The position numbers and the translations under genes were made by a program. Positions 42,269 to 50,428 of a DNA stretch of 50,428 bases are shown one piece after another. Source of the DNA: a virus (lineage: Duplodnaviria > Heunggongvirae > Uroviricota > Caudoviricetes). The stretch lies in IMG/VR virus record IMGVR_UViG_2909278081_000001; one strand, given 5' to 3'. The stretch's first letter is position 1, and each line of letters begins with the position of its first letter. A model generated the notes under the pieces. The model was not told the DNA's origin and searched no databases. It saw nothing but the letters and a program-made list of their open reading frames with translations.

Positions 42269-42275
42269 AAAACTT

Positions 42276-42968
42276 ATGAAAAAAGAAACTCTTGCTGATC
42301 GCTTAAACCTAGCGATGGAACAATCTGGAATGTCTCAAGGCGCTCTTGCAAAGGCGTCTGGCGTAGCTCAACCCACAATCTGGAGACTGACAAGCGGCAA
42401 CGCACGCGGCTCAACAAAAATTGTTGAAATAGCTAATGCATTGGGTGTTCGAACAGAGTGGCTCTCATCAGGCATAGGCCCGATGAGAAATGACGGTCAA
42501 CAATCAGGGAAGCCTGCTGTCAACCATTCCAAATACTTCAAGATTGACGTTCTTGATATAGAAGTCAGTGCTGGGCCGGGTGTCATCAACCGTGAGTTTG
42601 TAGAAGTCCTACGCTCGGTTGAGTACTCGTTTGACGATGCTCGTCACATGTTCGATGGCAGGAAGGCAGAAAATATCCGCATCATTAACGTACGCGGTGA
42701 CAGCATGTCAGGAACGATCGAACCAGGTGATCTTCTGTTCGTTGATATCACTGTTAAATCTTTCGACGGTGATGGTATCTATGCGTTTCTGTACGACGAC
42801 ACAGCCCATGTAAAGCGCCTGCAAATGATGAAGGATAAGCTGCTGGTTATCTCTGATAACAAGAGCTACTCACCGTGGGACCCGATCGAAAAAGACGAAA
42901 TGAATCGGGTATTTATATTTGGGAAAGTTATTGGGAGCATGCCACAGACATATAGAAAACATGGGTAG
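42276..42968 (+). CDS. cI: cI-type repressor (HTH plus LexA-like S24 peptidase domain)
   Basis: Start set at MKKETLADRLNLAMEQSGMSQGALAKASGVAQPTIWRL (HTH); C-terminal GDSM and HVKRL motifs of S24 autopeptidases. Confidence 0.85.
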   Translation: MKKETLADRLNLAMEQSGMSQGALAKASGVAQPTIWRLTSGNARGSTKIVEIANALGVRTEWLSSGIGPMRNDGQQSGKPAVNHSKYFKIDVLDIEVSAGPGVINREFVEVLRSVEYSFDDARHMFDGRKAENIRIINVRGDSMSGTIEPGDLLFVDITVKSFDGDGIYAFLYDDTAHVKRLQMMKDKLLVISDNKSYSPWDPIEKDEMNRVFIFGKVIGSMPQTYRKHG

Positions 42969-43074
42969 ATTATTAATGACAGATTTCATCAAGATAACCA
43001 GATGATGTTTTGGTGAGACATGCTGACATCCTCATAATTTATAGAATGGATGTTTCAAGCAGAGCTTAAGGTAT

Positions 43075-44682
43075 ATGGATATGTCAAAAAAAAATTTTGA
43101 ATTCAAAAATTACCCAATAGTCTTTATTGGCTCAGGCATTTCAAAAAGATATTTAGAGAACTACCCAACGTGGGAAGAGCTATTAAACGAGTATTGGAAA
43201 ATAACAAATCCCACAAATGATTTCTATAGTTATCTTTTAACAATAAAAGAATCACATAAAAATAACAGTGATAATGATATCGATCATAAGATTTATACAG
43301 AGGCAGCAAGTAAAATTGAAAATGATTACAATCTATTGTTTAGGACTGGCAAATTAAAATTAAATGGACTAGATGCCAAGAGGGTTTTTAGTGAAGATAT
43401 TTCACCATTTAAATACGCCATATGCCAAAGATTTTCTAATAACACAATCAGAAAGGATGTAAATCTTGATGAATTAGCATCATTTAAAACATTAATAAAA
43501 AAGGCCAAGATAATCATCACTACAAATTATGATGCTTTCATAGAAAATTTACTTCAAGAGCAAAATGTAACTCCAAAACTCTATATTGGAAATAATGGTT
43601 TCTTCGAAGATACTATTGGATGGAGTGAGTTATACAAAATCCATGGTGATATAAAGGATCCACACTCAATAATCATAAATAAAGATGATTACGAAAAATA
43701 TGACAACAAATCTATACTCATTAGTGCCAAGATACTATCTAACATGATTAAAAATCCAATAGTTTTTCTTGGATATTCTTTAACTGACAGGAATGTAAAG
43801 AAACTTCTTTCTGATTTTTCCTCACAACTACCTAGAGAAGATGGTCGAAAATCAGCTGAAAGAATAATTTTGATTGAATATAAAGAGAATGAACAAGAAG
43901 TAGTACCAAAACAGATTACCGATCAACAGCTACAAATTACATATACATCTGTTAAAACAGATAACTATAAACAGATCTATGATGAGATCAGTGCTGTTGA
44001 TGAAGGGCTCTCACCTTATGATGTTTTAAGGTATCAAAGAGCCATTAAAACACTTATCATTAATGAGGGTGAAAAAGGGCACTTAGATACTCTATTGGTT
44101 TCACCTTCTGACTTAGACAGACTTGAAGAAAGTGTTAAACAAGGAAAAAATTTAGTTGTTGCTCTAGGCGATAAAAAGTATGTATTCACACAAGTTAAAG
44201 AAATAAATTATCTTGAAGACTACTTATTTAATAAAAATGAAATATCTAATAAATTAGCCATAGATTTCATATTAGGTTCAGTAAACTCATTACAACTTCC
44301 ATTTTCAAAAACTATAACCTCATGTAATTTGAAAGAGTTAAGTTTGCCAGCTAAATATGTGTTAAAACTAAATCAACGCATTGAACGCCACGGAAAACTA
44401 GACGACTTGCTCAATAAAATCACCTTAGATAAAATCAATGCAAATAAAATTTACACCAACATCAAAGATATAAAGGATGCAACGTTCAAAAAGTACAAAG
44501 AATTGTCTATAGTCATTAAGAACATAAAAAATATCCCCAAAGAGGAGATTGAAGATTATGTTAAAAAAGAAGCGTTTGTTCAATTCAAGGCATGCGACGT
44601 TGACAATTTAAAAACCCAGTATAGGAAACTATTTCTTGCCTACGACTTGTTGATTCATGGAAATGTTGAAAAGATAAATTAA
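43075..44682 (+). CDS. SIR2-domain protein (ThsA-like SIR2 plus unknown C-terminal domain), candidate defence gene
   Basis: 535 aa, AT-rich; motifs IVFIGSGISKRY, ITTNYD, KIHGD, VFLGYSLTD in the order typical of defence-type SIR2 domains; directly downstream of cI. Confidence 0.7.
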   Translation: MDMSKKNFEFKNYPIVFIGSGISKRYLENYPTWEELLNEYWKITNPTNDFYSYLLTIKESHKNNSDNDIDHKIYTEAASKIENDYNLLFRTGKLKLNGLDAKRVFSEDISPFKYAICQRFSNNTIRKDVNLDELASFKTLIKKAKIIITTNYDAFIENLLQEQNVTPKLYIGNNGFFEDTIGWSELYKIHGDIKDPHSIIINKDDYEKYDNKSILISAKILSNMIKNPIVFLGYSLTDRNVKKLLSDFSSQLPREDGRKSAERIILIEYKENEQEVVPKQITDQQLQITYTSVKTDNYKQIYDEISAVDEGLSPYDVLRYQRAIKTLIINEGEKGHLDTLLVSPSDLDRLEESVKQGKNLVVALGDKKYVFTQVKEINYLEDYLFNKNEISNKLAIDFILGSVNSLQLPFSKTITSCNLKELSLPAKYVLKLNQRIERHGKLDDLLNKITLDKINANKIYTNIKDIKDATFKKYKELSIVIKNIKNIPKEEIEDYVKKEAFVQFKACDVDNLKTQYRKLFLAYDLLIHGNVEKIN

Positions 44683-44687
44683 ATAAA

Positions 44688-44713
44688 CGCCCCGTACAAA
44701 GCGATGGCGGGGC
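44688..44713 (+). terminator. weak hairpin after the SIR2 gene
   Basis: gccccg with 13-nt loop then cggggc; no strong T-tract. Confidence 0.3.
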
Positions 44714-44963
44714 TAATAAGTCATTTATGTATCATTTAGCAACTGACTAAAAAAATACACATAAGAACTCAGACTACCAATATTCGATTAAATTTGCTGC
44801 CAACCTACCGAGCTCACCACAACCCGATGCCCCTCTGTCACGAGGCACATTAAAGCTGTACAAATTTCAGCCACACCAATAAGTCTTCATACTCTTTTTT
44901 ATAAAAATTCATTTAATTATCAATCAGAACAAGTATATCAAACATTATCAATACTAATTGCTA

Positions 44964-44992
44964 TTGACTACACCAATAGCCATTGCTATTGT
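44964..44992 (+). promoter_or_regulatory. pL-like promoter with operator motifs
   Basis: TTGACT, 17-nt spacer, TATTGT; TTGCTATTG/CAATAGC motifs at 44958..45004 shared with the cro/cI intergenic region. Confidence 0.45.
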
Positions 44993-45185
44993 CATGCTAT
45001 TGCATCGATGTTGGTATCACAAAATTTATAACTTCACCGTTGCGATGACCGCTTAGATCCGCAGCTTGAATTTCAGCAGGCTCCGGGGAGTGCGAGGGGT
45101 GAAGCGGACGCGTGAACGTCGGTGTGACCAGCTGAAATCAACTCAACACTTCATACCTCAGTCGCTTCAACGAGGCGACTTAGTT

Positions 45186-45476
45186 ATGACAACCGGCGGC
45201 CATCCACCGCTTGAATACGCGCAGAAGTCTCTATATGTTCAGCAGCCCAGCTTACGGGCAGGAGTTTTTATGGTTCATCAACATTACGGAACGCAGACCG
45301 TTAATCGAGGTGCGGTCATGCCAGGAATGCTGGTCAAACACAAAGATGGTACCTGGACTGCATCAGCTAATTTACGCGGACGGCTTTATCTGCATCGCGG
45401 CATCGAGCGCACTTATACCCGTGATTTGCTCGTGGAAGTTTTTCTCGACGGACGCGGTAACGGCCTGAATCGCTAA
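45186..45476 (+). CDS. hypothetical protein at the kil position upstream of gam (start uncertain, possibly upstream GTG)
   Basis: First ATG at 45186; upstream in-frame extension encodes an Arg-rich segment (KRTRERR); ends just before gam. Confidence 0.45.
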   Translation: MTTGGHPPLEYAQKSLYVQQPSLRAGVFMVHQHYGTQTVNRGAVMPGMLVKHKDGTWTASANLRGRLYLHRGIERTYTRDLLVEVFLDGRGNGLNR

Positions 45477-45551
45477 TCCCCTTTCCTGTTTTCCTAATCA
45501 GCCTGGCATTTCGCGGGCGATATTTTCACAGCCATTTTCAGGAGTTCAGCC

Positions 45552-45848
45552 ATGAACGCTTATTACATTCAGGATCGTCTTGAGGCTCAGAGCTGGGCGC
45601 GTTACTACCAGCAGATCGCCCGTGAAGAGAAAGAGGCAGAACTGGCAGACGACATGGAAAAAGGCCTGCCCCAGCACCTGTTTGAATCGCTATGCATCGA
45701 TCATTTGCAACGCCACGGGGCCAGCAAAAAAGCCATTACCCGTGCGTTTGATGACGATGTTGAGTTTCAGGAGCGCATGGCAGAACACATCCGGTACATG
45801 GTTGAAACCATTGCTCACCACCAGGTTGATATTGATTCAGAGGTATAA
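45552..45848 (+). CDS. gam: Gam (RecBCD inhibitor), short form
   Basis: 98 aa, [28 protein letters not shown]..., lambda Gam-like; the upstream long-form extension is out of frame here. Confidence 0.95.
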   Translation: MNAYYIQDRLEAQSWARYYQQIAREEKEAELADDMEKGLPQHLFESLCIDHLQRHGASKKAITRAFDDDVEFQERMAEHIRYMVETIAHHQVDIDSEV

Positions 45849-45853
45849 AACGG

Positions 45854-46639
45854 ATGAGTACAGCACTCGCAACGCTGGCAGGGAAGCTGGCTGAACGTGT
45901 CGGCATGGATTCTGTCGACCCACAGGAACTGATCACCACTCTTCGCCAGACGGCATTTAAAGGTGATGCCAGCGATGCGCAGTTCATCGCATTGCTGATC
46001 GTCGCCAACCAGTACGGCCTTAATCCGTGGACGAAAGAAATTTACGCCTTCCCTGATAAGCAGAACGGCATTGTTCCGGTGGTGGGCGTTGATGGCTGGT
46101 CCCGCATCATCAATGAAAACCAGCAGTTTGATGGCATGGACTTTGAGCAGGACAATGAATCCTGTACATGCCGGATTTACCGCAAGGACCGTAATCATCC
46201 GATCTGCGTTACCGAATGGATGGATGAATGCCGCCGCGAACCATTCAAAACCCGCGAAGGCAGAGAAATCACGGGGCCGTGGCAGTCGCATCCCAAACGG
46301 ATGTTACGACATAAAGCCATGATTCAGTGTGCCCGTCTGGCCTTCGGATTTGCTGGTATCTATGACAAGGATGAAGCCGAGCGCATTGTCGAAAATACTG
46401 CATACACTGCAGAACGTCAGCCAGAACGCGACATCACTCCGGTTAACGATGAAACCATGCAGGAGATTAACACTCTGCTGATCGCCCTGGATAAAACATG
46501 GGATGACGACTTATTGCCGCTCTGTTCCCAGATATTTCGCCGCGACATTCGCGCATCGTCAGAACTGACACAGGCCGAAGCAGTGAAAGCTCTTGGATTC
46601 CTGAAACAGAAAGCCACTGAGCAGAAGGTGGCAGCATGA
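45854..46639 (+). CDS. bet: Bet (Red beta single-strand annealing protein)
   Basis: 261 aa, lambda Bet-like. Confidence 0.95.
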   Translation: MSTALATLAGKLAERVGMDSVDPQELITTLRQTAFKGDASDAQFIALLIVANQYGLNPWTKEIYAFPDKQNGIVPVVGVDGWSRIINENQQFDGMDFEQDNESCTCRIYRKDRNHPICVTEWMDECRREPFKTREGREITGPWQSHPKRMLRHKAMIQCARLAFGFAGIYDKDEAERIVENTAYTAERQPERDITPVNDETMQEINTLLIALDKTWDDDLLPLCSQIFRRDIRASSELTQAEAVKALGFLKQKATEQKVAA

Positions 46640-47316
46640 TACCGGACATTATCCTGCAGCGTACCGGGATCGACGTGAGAGCTGTCGAACAGGGGGATGA
46701 TGCATGGCACAAATTACGGCTCGGCGTCATCACCGCTTCAGAAGTTCACAACGTGATAGCAAAGCCCCGCTCAGGAAAGAAGTGGCCTGACATGAAAATG
46801 TCCTACTTCCACACCCTGCTGGCTGAGGTTTGCACCGGTGTGGCTCCGGAAGTTAATGCTAAGGCGCTGGCCTGGGGAAAACAGTACGAGAACGACGCCA
46901 GAACCCTGTTTGAATTCACTTCCGGCGTGAATGTTACTGAATCCCCGATCATCTATCGCGACGAAAGTATGCGCACCGCCAGCTCTCCCGATGGTTTATG
47001 CAGTGACGGCAATGGCCTTGAGCTGAAATGCCCGTTTACCTCCCGGGATTTCATGAAGTTCCGGCTCGGTGGTTTCGAGGCCATAAAGTCGGCTTACATG
47101 GCCCAGGTGCAGTACAGCATGTGGGTGACACGAAAAGATGCCTGGTACTTTGCCAACTATGACCCGCGTATGAAGCGTGAAGGACTGCATTATGTCGTGG
47201 TTGAGCGGGATGAAAAGTACATGGCGAGTTTTGACGAGATGGTGCCGGAGTTCATCGAAAAAATGGACGAGGCACTGGCTGAAATTGGTTTTGTATTTGG
47301 GGAGCAATGGCGATGA
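46636..47316 (+). CDS. exo: Exo (lambda 5'-3' exonuclease, Red alpha)
   Basis: 226 aa, [37 protein letters not shown]..., lambda Exo-like. Confidence 0.95.
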   Translation: MIPDIILQRTGIDVRAVEQGDDAWHKLRLGVITASEVHNVIAKPRSGKKWPDMKMSYFHTLLAEVCTGVAPEVNAKALAWGKQYENDARTLFEFTSGVNVTESPIIYRDESMRTASSPDGLCSDGNGLELKCPFTSRDFMKFRLGGFEAIKSAYMAQVQYSMWVTRKDAWYFANYDPRMKREGLHYVVVERDEKYMASFDEMVPEFIEKMDEALAEIGFVFGEQWR

Positions 47317-47472
47317 CGCATCCTCACGATAATATCCGGGTAGGCGCGATCACTTTCATCTACTCCGTTACAAAGCGAGGCTGGGTATTTCCCGGCCTTT
47401 CTGTTATCAGAAATCCACTGAAAGCACAGCGGCTGGCTGAGGCGATAAATAATAAACGGGGGCTGTATGACT
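47312..47472 (+). CDS. small hypothetical protein (53 aa), translationally coupled between exo and dam
   Basis: Not in supplied ORF list; [53 protein letters not shown]; ATGA overlaps at both ends. Confidence 0.4.
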
Positions 47473-48024
47473 GATTTCACCGGAAGCAATACTCCTGCCG
47501 AACATCGCGACAGCTGGCGCACACCACCAGAGATTTTTGCTGCGCTTAATGCAGAGTTCGTTTTTCAACTTGATGCTGCCGCCAGCGAAAAAAACCGACT
47601 ATGTCGGCTTTTTATCTCACAGGAGCAGAACACATTAACCACTTCATGGCCTGAAGCAATGGGATATGCCTCTGGTTATGTCTGGCTGAATCCACCATAC
47701 AGCAATATTTCCCCTTTTGTGAAAAAGGCAGCCACTGAAAACAAATTCAGTAGTGTGGGATGTGTAATGTTATTGCCTGCTGACACGTCTGTCGGATGGT
47801 TTCATGAAGCGATACAAACCGCCAGTGAGGTCAGATTCATCACGGCAGGACGACTGGCATTTATTAACCCACTCACCGGGAAACCCGTGAGTGGAAATAA
47901 TAAAGGCTCGATGCTCATTATCTGGCACCCATACCCCCGTACACACTGCCACTTTACGACCGTTGATCGTGGAGAGTTGATGGCGTTCGGCTCAAGGATT
48001 CTTGCCCGTCGGGAGGCTGCATGA
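47467..48024 (+). CDS. phage DNA N6-adenine methyltransferase (Dam-like)
   Basis: 185 aa; NPPY catalytic motif (LNPPYSN). Confidence 0.8.
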   Translation: MTDFTGSNTPAEHRDSWRTPPEIFAALNAEFVFQLDAAASEKNRLCRLFISQEQNTLTTSWPEAMGYASGYVWLNPPYSNISPFVKKAATENKFSSVGCVMLLPADTSVGWFHEAIQTASEVRFITAGRLAFINPLTGKPVSGNNKGSMLIIWHPYPRTHCHFTTVDRGELMAFGSRILARREAA

Positions 48025-48100
48025 CAACCACGGAATGCATTTTTCTGGCAGCGGGCTTCATATTCTGTGTGCTTATGCTTGCCGACATGGGACTTGTTCA

Positions 48101-48316
48101 ATGACACCTCAGCAGGAAAACGCCCTTCGCAGCATTGCCCGTCAGGCTAATTCTGAAATCAAAAAAGCCAGACAGCAGTTTCCGGATAAAAACGTCGATG
48201 ACATTTGCCGTAGCGTACTAAAGAAGCACCGCGAAACGGTAACGCTGATGGGATTCACACCGACTCATTTAAGCCTGGCGATCGGCATGTTAAACGGCGT
48301 CTTTAAGGAACGGTGA
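48101..48316 (+). CDS. hypothetical protein (71 aa)
   Basis: ATG-initiated part of the supplied ORF 48002..48316 (MTPQQENALRSIARQ...). Confidence 0.4.
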   Translation: MTPQQENALRSIARQANSEIKKARQQFPDKNVDDICRSVLKKHRETVTLMGFTPTHLSLAIGMLNGVFKER

Positions 48317-48414
48317 ACATGAAAAGCAAAATCATCAGGGAGCTACAGGCTCCTTTTTTATTGTTCGCATTCATCCTCAAGCGTATTAACCAACAATTCA
48401 GGGATTAATGGAAG

Positions 48415-48633
48415 ATGGCAGACATCATTGATTCAGCATCAGAAATTGAAGAATTACAGCGCAACACAGCAATAAAAATGCACCGCCTGAACCACCAGGC
48501 TATATCTGCCACTCATTGTTGTGAGTGTGGCGATCCGATAGATGAACGAAGACGTCTGGCCGTTCAGGGTTGTCGGACTTGTGCAAGTTGCCAGGAGGAG
48601 ATCGAACTTAAGAACAAACAATGGGGATTGTGA
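48415..48633 (+). CDS. TraR/DksA-family C4 zinc-finger protein
   Basis: CECGDPIDERRRLAVQGCRTCASCQ four-cysteine motif; 72 aa. Confidence 0.75.
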   Translation: MADIIDSASEIEELQRNTAIKMHRLNHQAISATHCCECGDPIDERRRLAVQGCRTCASCQEEIELKNKQWGL

Positions 48634-48680
48634 TGGCCTCAAAGCAGCAAATTTCAACATCGTCCAACTGAGGTGTAAAA

Positions 48681-48920
48681 ATGTTCAGAATCATTTTTCC
48701 TAACACCTGGTACGTCGACCACCACGGCACTCCCTGCAAAATCCTGCGTTCTACCCACAACAAAGTTCACTACATCCGAAAAGGCAGAACATGTATCGCC
48801 AGCATGTTCCGCTTTAATCATGACTTTGAACCTGTGAGTAAAGTGGAATCAGAGCGGATAGCCGAAGAGATCGATACAGCAGAACACATTAAGAAGTTAC
48901 GTGCCACACGCAGGAAATAG
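48681..48920 (+). CDS. hypothetical protein (79 aa)
   Basis: ORF in the early-left operon; no motif recognised. Confidence 0.4.
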   Translation: MFRIIFPNTWYVDHHGTPCKILRSTHNKVHYIRKGRTCIASMFRFNHDFEPVSKVESERIAEEIDTAEHIKKLRATRRK

Positions 48921-49059
48921 AAAAATTGATAAATTCAATACTGCATTTCTCAGCATTAAATTTATCTCTATGACCAGTCAAGAGATGTACCTGCCATGAG
49001 CTTAATATCATGTCAGATATATCGGTCACAAACTCCCTCAGCAGCTAAGAGGAGGACAA

Positions 49060-49296
49060 ATGTCTCGACTAATCACTTTACAGGACTGGGCTAAAGAAGA
49101 ATTTGGGGACTTAGCACCAAGTGAGCGAGTTCTGAAAAAATACGCGCAAGGGAAAATGATGGCCCCACCCGCTATAAAAGTTGGTCGCTACTGGATGATT
49201 GACCGAAATTCCCGTTTTGTAGGAACGCTTGCAGAACCGCAACTCCCAATAAACGCAAACCCAAAACTCCAACGGATAATCGCTGATGGCTGCTAG
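49060..49296 (+). CDS. xis: excisionase
   Basis: 78 aa, immediately upstream of and overlapping int; size and layout similar to lambda Xis. Confidence 0.75.
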   Translation: MSRLITLQDWAKEEFGDLAPSERVLKKYAQGKMMAPPAIKVGRYWMIDRNSRFVGTLAEPQLPINANPKLQRIIADGC

Positions 49297-50428
49297 ACCC
49301 CGATCTCACAAAATCTCTATACCCAATTTATATTGCAAATTAGATAAGCGAACCGGAAAGGTATATTGGCAATACAAACATCCACTATCCGGTCGTTTTC
49401 ATAGCTTAGGAACTGATGAGAATGAAGCAAAACAAGTTGCTACTGAAGCAAATACCATTATTGCTGAACAACGTACCAGACAAATATTAAGCGTCAATGA
49501 GCGTCTGGAAAGAATGAAAGGCAGGCGCTCAGACATTACGGTGACAGAATGGCTTGATAAATATATTTCTATCCAAGAGGACAGGCTGCAACATAATGAA
49601 CTAAGACCCAACTCCTATCGGCAAAAAGGCAAACCCATTCGTCTTTTCCGTGAGCATTGTGGAATGCAACACCTCAAGGATATTACCGCACTTGATATTG
49701 CCGAAATAATTGATGCTGTAAAGGCTGAAGGTCATAACAGGATGGCGCAAGTCGTGAGAATGGTGTTGATCGACGTCTTCAAAGAAGCACAACACGCAGG
49801 ACATGTTCCGCCAGGATTTAACCCAGCGCAGGCAACAAAACAACCGCGAAATCGAGTAAACCGCCAAAGATTGTCACTGCCCGAATGGCAGGCAATATTT
49901 GACAGCGTAAGCAGACGGCAGCCCTATTTAAAATGCGGCATGCTACTTGCTCTTGTTACTGGACAACGTTTAGGCGATATCTGCAATTTGAAATTCTCTG
50001 ATATATGGGACGACATGTTGCACATTACTCAGGAAAAAACCGGTTCAAAACTTGCTATTCCGCTTAACCTGAAATGCGATGCTCTGAATATTACCCTTCG
50101 TGAAGTTATATCTCAGTGCAGGGATGCTGTTGTTAGTAAATATCTGGTCCATTACCGTCACACTACCTCTCAAGCAAACAGAGGAGACCAGGTTTCTGCA
50201 AATACTCTGACAACGGCTTTTAAAAAGGCCCGGGAAAAATGTGGCATAAAATGGGAGCAAGGAACTGCGCCCACATTTCATGAGCAGCGATCTCTGTCAG
50301 AACGGTTATATCGGGAACAGGGTCTGGATACGCAAAAGTTGTTAGGCCATAAATCCAGAAAAATGACAGACCGATACAATGATGATCGTGGTAAAGACTG
50401 GATTATCGTAGATATCAAAACAGCATAG
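49286..50428 (+). CDS. int: tyrosine integrase (lambda Int family, icd-targeting)
   Basis: 380 aa; HEQRSLSERLY and LLGHKS...Y..DRG catalytic region aligns with lambda Int HELRSLSARLY / LLGHKS; ends at the last base of the window. Confidence 0.9.
   Translation: MAARPRSHKISIPNLYCKLDKRTGKVYWQYKHPLSGRFHSLGTDENEAKQVATEANTIIAEQRTRQILSVNERLERMKGRRSDITVTEWLDKYISIQEDRLQHNELRPNSYRQKGKPIRLFREHCGMQHLKDITALDIAEIIDAVKAEGHNRMAQVVRMVLIDVFKEAQHAGHVPPGFNPAQATKQPRNRVNRQRLSLPEWQAIFDSVSRRQPYLKCGMLLALVTGQRLGDICNLKFSDIWDDMLHITQEKTGSKLAIPLNLKCDALNITLREVISQCRDAVVSKYLVHYRHTTSQANRGDQVSANTLTTAFKKAREKCGIKWEQGTAPTFHEQRSLSERLYREQGLDTQKLLGHKSRKMTDRYNDDRGKDWIIVDIKTA

Noticed and set aside
44683-45065. TIR-domain (ThsB-like) partner for the SIR2 protein
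   Set aside because: No ORF of suitable size on either strand next to the SIR2 gene; flanks are cI on one side and the pL-like promoter on the other.

Overview
The window holds a short stretch of E. coli-type host DNA followed by a nearly complete lambda-like prophage integrated at the 3' end of icd. Host genes are a ycgX-like ORF (1..405) and iraM (1108..1431); an icd 3' fragment (1534..1698, minus) marks the attachment junction. The prophage runs from about 1699 to the window end, inverted relative to the standard lambda map. In window order it carries: AT-rich cargo, tail fibers, lom, tail genes J to Z, head genes FII to W, terminase A/Nu1, cos, lysis cassette (Rz/Rz1, R, holin), Q, a DLP12-like nin region (ylcG, rusA, ybcO, ninE, ybcN), an AT-rich esterase/ybcK/emrE island, ren/P/O with ori iterons, a divergent cro/cI immunity region, gam/bet/exo, dam, xis and int. 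Structural, packaging, lysis, replication and Red proteins are near-identical to phage lambda as I recall it; the integrase, immunity region and cargo genes are not. Two AT-rich cargo genes are the best candidates for undescribed anti-phage systems: a ThsA-like SIR2-domain protein directly downstream of cI in the slot lambda uses for rexAB (43075..44682), and a 1484-aa STAND/NACHT-like P-loop NTPase between the tail fibers and the att junction (2198..6652). All calls rest on reading the sequence and the supplied ORF translations; no database search or computation was run.
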